DNA of 58,582 nucleotides from Patescibacteria group bacterium (GTDB taxonomy: Bacteria; Patescibacteriota; Minisyncoccia; Phycocordibacterales; CAIZLB01), in assembly GCA_040386515.1 (NCBI GenBank), contig JAZKFG010000002.1, forward strand, positions 191,716 to 250,297, given 5' to 3'. Below, in pieces: positions 1-8,805 of this stretch. Below the pieces are notes generated by a model. The model saw only the letters and a program-made list of their open reading frames with translations, had not been told where the DNA came from and did no database searches. A program made the position numbers and the translations under genes. Position 1 is the first letter of the stretch. The number at the start of each line of letters is the position of its first letter.

Positions 1-4
1 CTTG

Positions 5-20
5 GTGAACTATGGTACAC
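5..20. promoter_or_regulatory. LexA-box-like operator (GTGAAC-TATG-GTACAC) overlapping the umuDC extended -10
   Basis: Imperfect palindrome with a GAAC-N4-GTAC core, one mismatch from GAAC-N4-GTTC. The right half overlaps TGgTACACT (13-21), whose last T is 7 nt before the umuD ATG at 28. The same GTGAAC half-site recurs at 10471 and 13578. Confidence 0.55.
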
Positions 21-27
21 TTACCGT

Positions 28-435
28 ATGCTCACCTATAAACCCATTCCATTCCTATCCCACAGCGTCCAAGCTGGCTTTCCATCCCCAGCTGACGACT
101 ATCAAGAGAAAACCATAGACATTAACGACCTCTTTCAAGTAGACGAAGCTACTTCTTTTTACGTACGAGCAACAGGCGAATCTATGAAAAACGCCGGTAT
201 AATGCCTGACGATATTCTCTGTGTCAGAAGAGACATCGACCCAATAGACGGAGACATTGTCATTGCAGCAATCGACAATGAATTCACCGTCAAAACATTT
301 AGAAAAAAGGGAAACATAATTATCTTCGAAGCAGCTAACGAAGAATTTTCAAACATCATTCCCATGAATGAACAAGACGTGCAAATCTGGGGAGTGGTTA
401 CAGGATTTGCTCGCGTATTAAAAAGAAAAAAGTAA
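28..435 (+). CDS. umuD: UmuD-like S24 peptidase (polymerase V accessory subunit)
   Basis: 135 aa, colinear with E. coli UmuD as I recall it. Motifs: VQAGFPSPADDY (cleavage-site region), GESM (Ser nucleophile), FTVK (Lys). The stop TAA is followed one nt later by the umuC ATG. Confidence 0.85.
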   Translation: MLTYKPIPFLSHSVQAGFPSPADDYQEKTIDINDLFQVDEATSFYVRATGESMKNAGIMPDDILCVRRDIDPIDGDIVIAAIDNEFTVKTFRKKGNIIIFEAANEEFSNIIPMNEQDVQIWGVVTGFARVLKRKK

Positions 436-436
436 T

Positions 437-1783
437 ATGAAAAAACTCTTCGCTCTCGTTGATTGTTCTGCCTTCTACTGTTCATGCGAACGGGCATTTC
501 GTCCTGATTTAAAAAACAAACCAGTATGCGTTTTATCAAACAACGATGGATGTGTTGTCTCATTAACACCTGAAGTAAAAGAGTTAGGGATTGGAATCGG
601 TACGCCATTTTATCAAGTAAAAAAAACACTGGAAGAGTTTAAGGTTTCAGTATTCTCATCGAACTATTGTCTATACTCAGATATGAGTAGACGTGTTATG
701 CAAGTCATAGAGCGATTCAGTGGGCAAATAGAGCAGTGCTCTATCGACGAAGTATTTGTTGAATTTGATGTAAATGAAAACGATATTGAACATGAAAGAA
801 TACGACTCACGCTACTTGCAGAAGAATTGCACAAAGCAGTATTAAAGGGAACTGGCATTCCTGTTCGTGTTTCTATTGCTGAAACAAAAACACTGGCCAA
901 AGTTGGAAGTGAGTATGCAAAGAAATTATTAAAGGCAGGAAAATTGCCATGCGTATGTTTTTGGGAGCATCCAGATAAAATTAATTTCTTACAAAACTTA
1001 TCAGTTGCCGACGTGTGGGGAGTTGGACGAAAATGGTCTAAGAAATTACAAGACGAGGGATATAAAACCGCATATGATTTTTCACTAGTTGATCACAAGG
1101 CAATAAAGAAAACATCAAATATAATATTGGAGAAAACTGTTCTCGAACTCCAAGGTGTATCATGCATACCTCTTGATTTTAACTATGAACAAAGAAAAAG
1201 TATGATTCGCAGTCGAATGTTTGGACAAAAGCTCAATGACCCTAAACTCATCCGTGCAGCCGTAGCCACGCATATCGCTCGTGCTGCAGAAAAGCTTCGG
1301 GAAGAGAATATTGTCACAGGTATGATTACCGTTTTCATTTCCACAGGACGACATGCGGAAGTTCGTCACTATGGCCATGCTAGTGCGCATCTTATGCGAC
1401 CGACTAGTGACACGTTTATGCTGCAAAAAGTGGCGCATAACCTTTTTCGAAAATGCTACAAATCAAAAACTCCAAAAGGGGATGAGTTTAAATATGTTAA
1501 AGCTGGAATCATTTTCCATGAGCTGGCAGAAAACACAGGGCAGCAAATTTCTCTGTTTGATTTTATAAATGATGAAAAAACGGAAATTATGGATTCACTC
1601 GATACTATCAATAAAAAGTATGGACCGCACTCTGTTGTATTCGCGTCCCAAGGAACGCCTGATTCTTTGCGAGGTATTAAGGCTGCTAAAAAGGATGGAG
1701 CTAAGTGGGGAATGAAAAGAAACCTTATGAGTCCGCGTTATACGAGCGTCTGGGCTGAGCTTTTGGAGGTCAAGATTGGATAA
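437..1783 (+). CDS. umuC: Y-family DNA polymerase UmuC (polymerase V catalytic subunit)
   Basis: 448 aa. The N-terminus FALVDCSAFYCSCERAFRPDLKNKPVCVLSNNDGCVV is typical of UmuC/DinB-type polymerases. Translationally coupled to umuD. Confidence 0.9.
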   Translation: MKKLFALVDCSAFYCSCERAFRPDLKNKPVCVLSNNDGCVVSLTPEVKELGIGIGTPFYQVKKTLEEFKVSVFSSNYCLYSDMSRRVMQVIERFSGQIEQCSIDEVFVEFDVNENDIEHERIRLTLLAEELHKAVLKGTGIPVRVSIAETKTLAKVGSEYAKKLLKAGKLPCVCFWEHPDKINFLQNLSVADVWGVGRKWSKKLQDEGYKTAYDFSLVDHKAIKKTSNIILEKTVLELQGVSCIPLDFNYEQRKSMIRSRMFGQKLNDPKLIRAAVATHIARAAEKLREENIVTGMITVFISTGRHAEVRHYGHASAHLMRPTSDTFMLQKVAHNLFRKCYKSKTPKGDEFKYVKAGIIFHELAENTGQQISLFDFINDEKTEIMDSLDTINKKYGPHSVVFASQGTPDSLRGIKAAKKDGAKWGMKRNLMSPRYTSVWAELLEVKIG

Positions 1784-1798
1784 TGCTATACTTACCAT

Positions 1799-2380
1799 AT
1801 GAAAAAATACATCGCAGAACTTATCGGAGCATTTGCTCTCACATTAACAGTAAGCCTTTCTTTGGTTGGGACATTTCCAATCGCAACTCCATTATTGGCC
1901 GCGCTCACACTTGGACTTTTTGTATATTCAATCGGACATATTTCAGGTGCGCATATTAACCCCGCAGTAACACTCGGCGCATGGTCTATTAAAAAGATTT
2001 CTACACAAAATGCACTCGCATACATGTTGGCACAATTTGTTGGAGCAAGTATTGCAATGACAATTATGGCATACACGGTTGGAACTCCTTCTGTGACATC
2101 AACATTAAGTTGGGCGGTATTCTTTGCAGAACTTATTGGTACATTTTTCTTTACATTCGGAATCGCCTCAGTTATCTATGAAAAAACTCCATCAGTTGCC
2201 TCAGGTGCAGTTATTGGAGGATCACTTCTTCTTGGAATTGCCATCGCTGCACATCTTGGAGCAAACGGAATATTAAATCCAGCAGTAGCATTTGGAATTG
2301 GTTCATTTAACTTCGCATACATTCTTGGTCCACTTGTTGGATCTGTGCTTGGAATGCAGGCATACAGAAAACTTCTATAG
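1799..2380 (+). CDS. MIP-family channel (aquaporin/glycerol-facilitator-like)
   Basis: 193 aa, six hydrophobic segments and two NPA boxes (HINPAVTLG and LNPAVAFG). TGcTATACT at 1784-1792 ends 7 nt before the ATG. Confidence 0.85.
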   Translation: MKKYIAELIGAFALTLTVSLSLVGTFPIATPLLAALTLGLFVYSIGHISGAHINPAVTLGAWSIKKISTQNALAYMLAQFVGASIAMTIMAYTVGTPSVTSTLSWAVFFAELIGTFFFTFGIASVIYEKTPSVASGAVIGGSLLLGIAIAAHLGANGILNPAVAFGIGSFNFAYILGPLVGSVLGMQAYRKLL

Positions 2381-2381
2381 C

Positions 2382-3200
2382 ATGAAATTGTTTCTACGAA
2401 TCATACAGCGACTCTTAATATTTATTGTAGCAATACCAATACTTTGGTTTATTGCAACGCAAATATTTACTCGCTTAGATCGTAGGCTTCCTGCCTTCGT
2501 CGCCCTCATTGTTACATATATTTTCTCAGCCTATCTTTTGCTGCCCGAATTGATTCGAATCATTCGGCAGATTTTAAGACGAAAATATATTCCTCGAACT
2601 ACGCACGCAGCCGATGGATTGTCTGCTGACCCAGTGAATATTATTTTAACAGGAACATATGATGATTTGCAGTCGGCTTTTAAAGCGGCTGGTTGGTATA
2701 CCGCTGAAAGGTTGACGCTACGAACTGGATTAAAGATCATCACACATTTTGTAAGAAATAAGCCATATCCTGAAGCACCCTTTAGTCCACTTTTTCTGTT
2801 TGGACGAATGCAGGATTTTGGTTTTGAAAAACCTATTAGCAATAGTCCGCGTCAGCGTGATCACATACGTTTTTGGGCAGCAACGCATGACCCTGTTCTT
2901 TCTATAACTGATATTAATTATTGGATTGCAAAAGAGGAAGTGGATTTATCAAAAGCAACTATTTGGGTTGGTGCAGCTACGCGTGACACAGGCTTTGGCT
3001 TGACGCAGCTTACGTACGAAATCAGCCATAGGATTGACAAGCATATTGACAACGAGCGTGAGTATATATTGCATGTGCTTGAGGCAACTGGGTGGATTCA
3101 GAATATTGAGTATATCAATCCAGGCGAATGGGTAGCTGGCAAATATATAACAGACGGTAAAATCGTATGTGCAAAACTGGTTGCTCCAATCAAGAAATAA
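2382..3200 (+). CDS. Membrane protein with LssY_C-like C-terminal domain
   Basis: ORF trimmed to the ATG at 2382, one nt after the aquaporin stop. Two N-terminal TM helices, then a domain resembling LssY C-terminal family members (PVNIILTG...FLFGRMQDFGFEKP...RDHIRFW). The family call is from memory. Confidence 0.5.
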   Translation: MKLFLRIIQRLLIFIVAIPILWFIATQIFTRLDRRLPAFVALIVTYIFSAYLLLPELIRIIRQILRRKYIPRTTHAADGLSADPVNIILTGTYDDLQSAFKAAGWYTAERLTLRTGLKIITHFVRNKPYPEAPFSPLFLFGRMQDFGFEKPISNSPRQRDHIRFWAATHDPVLSITDINYWIAKEEVDLSKATIWVGAATRDTGFGLTQLTYEISHRIDKHIDNEREYILHVLEATGWIQNIEYINPGEWVAGKYITDGKIVCAKLVAPIKK

Positions 3201-3216
3201 GGTATATACTACATAT

Positions 3217-3696
3217 ATGAAAAAGCCTACCTATAATGCAACTGTATATGGATTGCTCCTTACTGTGGTTCCTGTTATTTGTCTTGTTCTTATGGAAATA
3301 ACAGGCAACAATCTTACATTCGATAATCCAACTTGGTATGACATCGCAATTCAAACAGTGTTGCCAGTATTTATTTTATACCTTGGTATTCGCGCACGAA
3401 AAAAACAGCTTGGAGGATTGATAACTTGGAAACAGGGAACAGTTGCTGGATTTGAAATATCGCTTATATTTGCATTGATTTCCCCGTTTGTATTTTTGGC
3501 ATACTATTATTTTGTAAATTTCAAAATTATTGCATCAGTTCGAAATGCATATCATTTAACTCGAGCAAGCGATATGGGTGTGATTCGAATAGATATGCTT
3601 TTGCAATTTGTTAGTGCGCTTATTTTTGGATTAATAGTTAGTTCTATTATTTCATTTTTCATTCGATCAAAAACATTGAATCCAGAGATTAAATAA
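3217..3696 (+). CDS. Hypothetical polytopic membrane protein
   Basis: ORF trimmed to the ATG at 3217; TATACT at 3205-3210 ends 7 nt upstream. Four predicted TM segments. No motif recognised. Confidence 0.45.
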   Translation: MKKPTYNATVYGLLLTVVPVICLVLMEITGNNLTFDNPTWYDIAIQTVLPVFILYLGIRARKKQLGGLITWKQGTVAGFEISLIFALISPFVFLAYYYFVNFKIIASVRNAYHLTRASDMGVIRIDMLLQFVSALIFGLIVSSIISFFIRSKTLNPEIK

Positions 3697-3710
3697 TATA
3701 TCATATATAC

Positions 3711-4268
3711 ATGAGTAACTTTACAAGAAAAAGCGGAAAAGGATTTACGCTTATTGAATTATTGGTTGTTATTGCAATTATCGGATTGCTTTCAAGTATT
3801 GTCTTAGCGTCGCTTTCAAGTGCGCGTTCAAACGGACGAGACTCAAAGCGAGTTTCAGAAATTCGACAAATTCAATATGCGCTTGAATTGTATTACAATT
3901 CAAATTTGCAGTATCCAACTTGTTTATATACTGCATCTGGATGTACGACAACATTGCAAGGTTCGGCTTTTATGAAAAATGTACCTAAAGATCCACTTAG
4001 CGGACTTGGATATTCTTACGCTGGTAATGGATCAGGGGCAAACTGTTCAAGTTATCACTTAGGTACTTCGCTGGAAAATAATAAAAACAATAAGATTTTA
4101 CAAACTGGAAGTGATGCGACTGTGCAGGCAATATGTACGGGTAGTCCGGCAGACTTCTCAGGGCTTTCATACGCTGCAGGTGGGCAATTGTGTAATACAA
4201 CAGCTGGTATTGCACAACCTACTGCTGTTGCAACAGGAGAAACATGTTACGACTTAAAACCGAACTAG
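3711..4268 (+). CDS. Type IV pilin / pseudopilin-like protein
   Basis: N-terminal prepilin cleavage/methylation motif KGFTLIELLVVIAIIGLLSSIVLASL, followed by a Cys-containing globular part. Confidence 0.8.
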   Translation: MSNFTRKSGKGFTLIELLVVIAIIGLLSSIVLASLSSARSNGRDSKRVSEIRQIQYALELYYNSNLQYPTCLYTASGCTTTLQGSAFMKNVPKDPLSGLGYSYAGNGSGANCSSYHLGTSLENNKNNKILQTGSDATVQAICTGSPADFSGLSYAAGGQLCNTTAGIAQPTAVATGETCYDLKPN

Positions 4269-4293
4269 TTTTTGGTGTGATATACTGTCAGTC

Positions 4294-4839
4294 ATGAATA
4301 AAGATAATACTCTCATTATAATCTTAATATTGATTTTTATTATTCTTGCTGGAATTTCAGCTACAAAGCTATTTCCCGGCACTGTTCTTCAAATTGTAGA
4401 CAGAAACGATGTTCAATCGCCTGTAACCGTAAACGGAACTACTAGTGCGCCAACTACGCTTGATGTCTCTCTGATGCCGATTTCAATATCGAGTTCAACA
4501 CCTACTGTTAATGTAAATGGCAGTACATTTCGATTGACAACATTTAACAATACTGTTATTGGCCCTGATCAAAAATACACACTTGGTTTCGAAGGTTCAA
4601 AGTTGAATGCAAAATTTTGTAATAATATGGGAGGTGAGTATACATTACAAAATGGAATACTTCGATCTAATATGATTAGTACTATGATGGCTTGCGCCGA
4701 ACCTGCCAATCTTATGCTTATAGAAAGCACATTTGGTTCAATGGTAAGCAGCGGTGCTAAGTTCTCTCTGCAAGGTCATACATTGACTTTGATTGATACA
4801 TTGAATAACACTATGGTCTTCACAGTCTTTATGGACTAA
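4294..4839 (+). CDS. META-domain (HslJ-like) secreted/membrane-anchored protein
   Basis: N-terminal TM anchor. The C-terminal part (NAKFCNNMGGEYTL...MMACAEP...FSLQGHTLTL) resembles META domains. TGaTATACT at 4278-4286 ends 8 nt before the ATG. Confidence 0.55.
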   Translation: MNKDNTLIIILILIFIILAGISATKLFPGTVLQIVDRNDVQSPVTVNGTTSAPTTLDVSLMPISISSSTPTVNVNGSTFRLTTFNNTVIGPDQKYTLGFEGSKLNAKFCNNMGGEYTLQNGILRSNMISTMMACAEPANLMLIESTFGSMVSSGAKFSLQGHTLTLIDTLNNTMVFTVFMD

Positions 4840-4848
4840 ACTATAGAT

Positions 4849-5115
4849 ATGAATACTCCAACACTTTGGTTTAAAAGAAAAATATATGGATGGGGATGGA
4901 GACCTGTTACATGGCAGGGGTGGTTTACATTGCTTGTATATATTGTATTGCTGCTCGCATGTGTTTCTACATTAAACAATAACTCATCACCGCGAGAAGT
5001 TGCAGTGATGGGTTTATTGCCGCTTATTATTTTAACTTCAGCCCTGATACGAATTTGCTATAAGAAGGGTGAGAAGCCACATTGGCAGTGGGGAAGAAAA
5101 GATGATGCTCGTTAG
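4849..5115 (+). CDS. Small hypothetical membrane protein
   Basis: 88 aa, Trp-rich N-terminus and two TM segments. No recognisable family. Confidence 0.4.
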   Translation: MNTPTLWFKRKIYGWGWRPVTWQGWFTLLVYIVLLLACVSTLNNNSSPREVAVMGLLPLIILTSALIRICYKKGEKPHWQWGRKDDAR

Positions 5116-5119
5116 CTTG

Positions 5120-6856
5120 CTAATATCCTCGGTGTGTTAAGTCCACAGCTTTTTTAGTGCTTGTACTTACATCATTTACTTGTGCTCCATCTTCTGTGTG
5201 AATAGTTGCAGTTGTTCCTTCAAATGTCACGTCACTTCCGTCTGCAGCTGTGATTTCTAATTTGCCTGTAGCATGCACATGCACATCTGCAGCATCGGTC
5301 GCCATAATAGTTGCATTAGTTGTATTCATGCTGCCTGCATCATATTCCGCTCCATCTTGAATGTCTGCTTTTAGATTTGTCGTAGTTCCATAAGTAATGA
5401 GACTTGCGCCGTCTTGCAAATCAACAATAAGATTATTTGTCTCTACTGTTACATTTGCAAATGCTGCTTGTGACACTGAAAGTGTTAAGTCAGTTGCTTT
5501 AACATGTTTGGCTTCAAAATTTACACCTCCTTCAAGCTGTATTGCCTGAAGATTTGGAGCTGTGACAATAATATCCATTCCGCCTTTGGCAAAACAAACA
5601 ATGCACATACTTTTTCTTTGATGTTCCTGAACTGTTAATGTATCATTTTCAACTTTAAAATCTCCATCTTGAATATCACCTAATCTACCTTTGGCTGTTA
5701 CGCTATATGTATTGCCTTCAACATATGTCACTTTATTGCCTCCTTCCAATTTTATTTTTGTAAATGGAGAAACTTCAACAGTTTGTGTGGTGACCTGATA
5801 CTCTGGAAGGGCTAATACTTTATCTCGTATTTCAAGTGAATATCGAACTCCGAATGTCCCAGCAAGAATAATCATAATAATCCAAATTCCTCCCCATATC
5901 ATTGCAGCTGTTCCGCTTAGCTTAGATCGGCCGGCAACAATGGTTGTTCCAAGTGATCCGATAAAGAGTACGGGAATAAAGATAAGAAGAAATCCAATGA
6001 TAATAAGTATTGTATATACTGGCTGAGAAACAACTTGTGATATTGGGAAATCAATATATGGTGATTGATAATTAAAGATTAAGTTTCCTGCCATAAAAAT
6101 AAGTGCAAGACTTATGAATGCTGGAGCTGCGATTAAAAATATTCCAATTAGTTTTACTGCTATTTTTATTGCCATTCGTACAATGCTTCCAAAGAATTTA
6201 AATACTTGTTCAAGTCGAGTCCGAAAGACTGAATTTCTGGCAAATAATTCTTGGCCGTTATTTTTTATATTTTGCATTTGATCAGTAAAGTCTTCTTTAA
6301 AAGAAGCAAGTGTAACTGGTCCTCCTCGCATCTTTACTTTATCAGTTGCAGTCTTTGCCTCTGGAATCAGAAAGGCAAGGGCAAGATAGACAAAAGCAAA
6401 TCCTCCACTTGTTGCAATAAGAAGTACTGCAAAGATAATTCGCATAGCAAATGGATCAATGCCTGTATAAGCTGCCAGTCCTGCTGCTACTCCAGCAATA
6501 ACTACATCATCGCTGCTTCTATATAATCTTCGTGATGTTGATGATGATGTGGTTGCCTCTTCTGTCTCAGTCTTTGAATCTTCTTTGCCTTCAGCGCCAC
6601 TTATTTCTTCAACTGTACCCATTGATTCCATAACATGCGTTACGTCAGCAAGAGTTACAATGTTATTGTGATGTTTTATTTTCTCAAGCAATTGCTCTGC
6701 AATACGTGCTTCTATATCTTCAACCACATCATCGCTATCACCTATATTTTTAAAATAAGCCTTAATTGAACTTAAGTATTGATTTAATTTTTCATAGCCA
6801 TCTTCTTCTATAGTGAAGAGATTTCCGGCTAGAGTTATTTGTAGTGCTTTTTTCAT
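5120..6856 (-). CDS. PspC-domain membrane protein with C-terminal beta-rich (DUF2807/DUF4097-like) domain
   Basis: 578 aa. The PspC motif region is SDDVVIAGVAAGLAAYTGIDPFAMRIIFAVLL, followed by several TM helices and a repetitive beta-strand C-terminus. Downstream of padR in the same operon. Confidence 0.8.
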   Translation of the reverse strand: MKKALQITLAGNLFTIEEDGYEKLNQYLSSIKAYFKNIGDSDDVVEDIEARIAEQLLEKIKHHNNIVTLADVTHVMESMGTVEEISGAEGKEDSKTETEEATTSSSTSRRLYRSSDDVVIAGVAAGLAAYTGIDPFAMRIIFAVLLIATSGGFAFVYLALAFLIPEAKTATDKVKMRGGPVTLASFKEDFTDQMQNIKNNGQELFARNSVFRTRLEQVFKFFGSIVRMAIKIAVKLIGIFLIAAPAFISLALIFMAGNLIFNYQSPYIDFPISQVVSQPVYTILIIIGFLLIFIPVLFIGSLGTTIVAGRSKLSGTAAMIWGGIWIIMIILAGTFGVRYSLEIRDKVLALPEYQVTTQTVEVSPFTKIKLEGGNKVTYVEGNTYSVTAKGRLGDIQDGDFKVENDTLTVQEHQRKSMCIVCFAKGGMDIIVTAPNLQAIQLEGGVNFEAKHVKATDLTLSVSQAAFANVTVETNNLIVDLQDGASLITYGTTTNLKADIQDGAEYDAGSMNTTNATIMATDAADVHVHATGKLEITAADGSDVTFEGTTATIHTEDGAQVNDVSTSTKKAVDLTHRGY

Positions 6857-6876
6857 ATATGTTAATTATTTTGCAA

Positions 6877-7215
6877 TTATTTAGTTAGGGAAGTAATAGA
6901 TGAAGATAATGTTTTCCAAGTGGCTTTGAGTTCATGTAAGTTATCTTTTCCTTCAGTCGTAAGTGTGTAATATTTCCGTGGCGGTCCTGATCTTGATTCT
7001 TCCCATGTGTGCGTGAGCAGTCCTGCGGTTCTAAGGCGACTCAAGAGGGGATAGAGTGTACCTTCTACAACCAGTAGGTCTGCATCTTTTAATTCTGATA
7101 ATATTTCAGACGCGTACACTCGGCCTCGGGCAATAATAAGGAGAATGCAGAATTCAAGAGTGCCTTTACGCATTTGAGCTTTTGTATTTTCAACTGTTGA
7201 TTCTTTATTTGGCAT
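6877..7215 (-). CDS. PadR-family transcriptional regulator
   Basis: 112 aa with winged-helix motifs: LEFCILLIIA...YASEI...EGTLYPLLSRLRTAGLL...RKYYTLTTEGK. TGtTACACT (minus strand, 7222-7230) ends 7 nt before the ATG. Confidence 0.85.
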   Translation of the reverse strand: MPNKESTVENTKAQMRKGTLEFCILLIIARGRVYASEILSELKDADLLVVEGTLYPLLSRLRTAGLLTHTWEESRSGPPRKYYTLTTEGKDNLHELKATWKTLSSSITSLTK

Positions 7216-7231
7216 AGATATAGTGTAACAG

Positions 7232-7258
7232 ACAGTACTTGGTAGTGCAAGGTACTGT
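7232..7258. promoter_or_regulatory. Inverted repeat ACAGTACTTG-N6-CAAGGTACTGT in the padR/csaA divergent region (candidate PadR operator)
   Basis: Near-perfect 10/11-bp arms, read directly. Sits just upstream of the padR -10 element. Confidence 0.35.
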
Positions 7259-7294
7259 GGATAAATATGGTCAACTTAATGATATAATACGAAC

Positions 7295-7630
7295 ATGCAC
7301 ACAATATCTTGGGATGAATTTGAAAAAGTAGAAACACGAGTAGGAACAATTACTCAAGTTGACGATTTTCCTGAAGCGAGGAAACCTGCCTATAAATTAT
7401 TAATAGATTTAGGCGAGTTTGGTATTAAGAGATCGAGTGCACAGATTACTACGTTATATACCAAAGAGGAATTAATTGGTAAGCAAATTGTATGCGTAAT
7501 TAATTTTCCAATAAAGAAAATTGGAGCATATGAATCAGAAGTTTTGACATGTGGATTTTACAGAGAAAACGGAGATGTTGTTTTAGTTGTACCTGATAAA
7601 CCAGTATCGAATGGATTAAAGCTTGGATAA
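7295..7630 (+). CDS. csaA: tRNA-binding domain protein (CsaA/YgjH-like)
   Basis: 111 aa. DEFEKVETRVGTITQVDDFPEARKPAYKLLIDLGE...QIVCVINFP matches the OB-fold CsaA/EMAP family. TGaTATAAT at 7280-7288 ends 7 nt before the ATG. Confidence 0.8.
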   Translation: MHTISWDEFEKVETRVGTITQVDDFPEARKPAYKLLIDLGEFGIKRSSAQITTLYTKEELIGKQIVCVINFPIKKIGAYESEVLTCGFYRENGDVVLVVPDKPVSNGLKLG

Positions 7631-7670
7631 CTAATAGCCAGAAGTCTCTTTACGCGCTATACTATTGTTT

Positions 7671-7985
7671 ATGCCAACAAAAAAGCCAACAACAACAAAA
7701 ACAACAAAAGCTCCTGCTGCAAAGAAATCAGCTGCAGGATCTGGATTAACACGACCTATGAATCTAAGTGCAGATCTTGCTGCAGTAGTAGGTAAAGGAC
7801 CAATGTCTCGACCAGAAGTTGCAAAGCAGATCTGGGTTTACATAAAGAAGAACGATTTACAGGATCCAAAAAACAAGCGAAATATCGTTGCAGATGAAAA
7901 ACTACTAAAGGTATTTGGAGGAAAGAAAGTTGTTACAATGTTTGAAATGACAAAGCTTATCTCAGGTCATCTTACAACTATCTAA
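7671..7985 (+). CDS. SWIB/MDM2-domain protein with Lys/Thr-rich N-terminal tail
   Basis: LSADLAAVVGKGPMSRPEVAKQIWVYIKKNDLQDPKNKRNIVADEKLLKVFG is a typical SWIB domain. Start set at the ATG at 7671, 8 nt after TATACT (7658-7663), rather than the TTG at 7665. Confidence 0.75.
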   Translation: MPTKKPTTTKTTKAPAAKKSAAGSGLTRPMNLSADLAAVVGKGPMSRPEVAKQIWVYIKKNDLQDPKNKRNIVADEKLLKVFGGKKVVTMFEMTKLISGHLTTI

Positions 7986-8008
7986 TTTCTTTTATAGAGA
8001 TTTTAAAA

Positions 8009-8048
8009 TAAAACAAAAGCACCGAAAAAGTGCTTTTGTTTTATTTTT
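8009..8048 (+). terminator. Rho-independent terminator
   Basis: Stem AAACAAAAGCAC (8011-8022), loop CGAAAAA, stem GTGCTTTTGTTT (8030-8041), then a T-run. Confidence 0.8.
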
Positions 8049-8152
8049 GAAAAACGGTTTATAACTCCTTGCACTATTTTTCATATTGGGCTAGGCTTAA
8101 ATTAGAACCAATTTATTAATATATTATCAATTAATTATATTAAATTACCTAT

Positions 8153-8758
8153 ATGAAAACTAAAACAATTCTTACATTACTAACGTTAACTCTTGCTCAG
8201 AGCGCATCTGCTCTTACAGTAAATGCTGCTCTCGACAGTAGTACATCTGTTTCTGCTCCTGTGCCTGTTATGGCTACAAGCGGAACAACAGTTGGAGTTA
8301 ATGCTGATGCATCGAATACTATTATTCTTAATGCAGATGCGACAACTACTGTAGGTGCTGGTGCAAATGTAAATACAAATGCTTCAGGAACAACTGAAGT
8401 AATGACGATGAATTCATCTGCTAATACTGTTTCTTCAGTAAATACAGATAATGATGATAAAGTAACTGTGACATATAAGCGTCCAGCAAAACTTTTTGGA
8501 TTTATTCCAGTAAGTATTACTGAAAGAGCAACTGTAAAAGTTGAAGATGACGGAACACGAACAGCTGAAGTGTCACAGTCATGGTGGGCATTTATGGCGA
8601 AAGCTAATACAAAGACTAAAGAATTTCTAGCAGCCCTTAAATCACGTCTACAGGCAAATGCAAATGTTTCGTCAAGTACTACACTAACTGCAACAGAGAA
8701 AACTCAGTACGTAACTGAAATCAATGCAGCAGCGGATGCAGCATATTCAGGAAACTAA
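8153..8758 (+). CDS. Hypothetical secreted protein (Thr/Ala/Asn-rich)
   Basis: 201 aa with a signal-peptide-like N-terminus (MKTKTILTLLTLTLAQSASA). Low-complexity middle. No family recognised. Confidence 0.5.
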   Translation: MKTKTILTLLTLTLAQSASALTVNAALDSSTSVSAPVPVMATSGTTVGVNADASNTIILNADATTTVGAGANVNTNASGTTEVMTMNSSANTVSSVNTDNDDKVTVTYKRPAKLFGFIPVSITERATVKVEDDGTRTAEVSQSWWAFMAKANTKTKEFLAALKSRLQANANVSSSTTLTATEKTQYVTEINAAADAAYSGN

Positions 8759-8805
8759 AGAGTGATGTTTAAATAGTGAAAGCATATGGTGTATACTTGC
8801 ATCAT

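Noticed and set aside
2292-2381. The extension of the LssY-like ORF back into the aquaporin gene.
   Set aside because: It overlaps the conserved C-terminus of the aquaporin. An ATG at 2382 lies one nt after the aquaporin stop.
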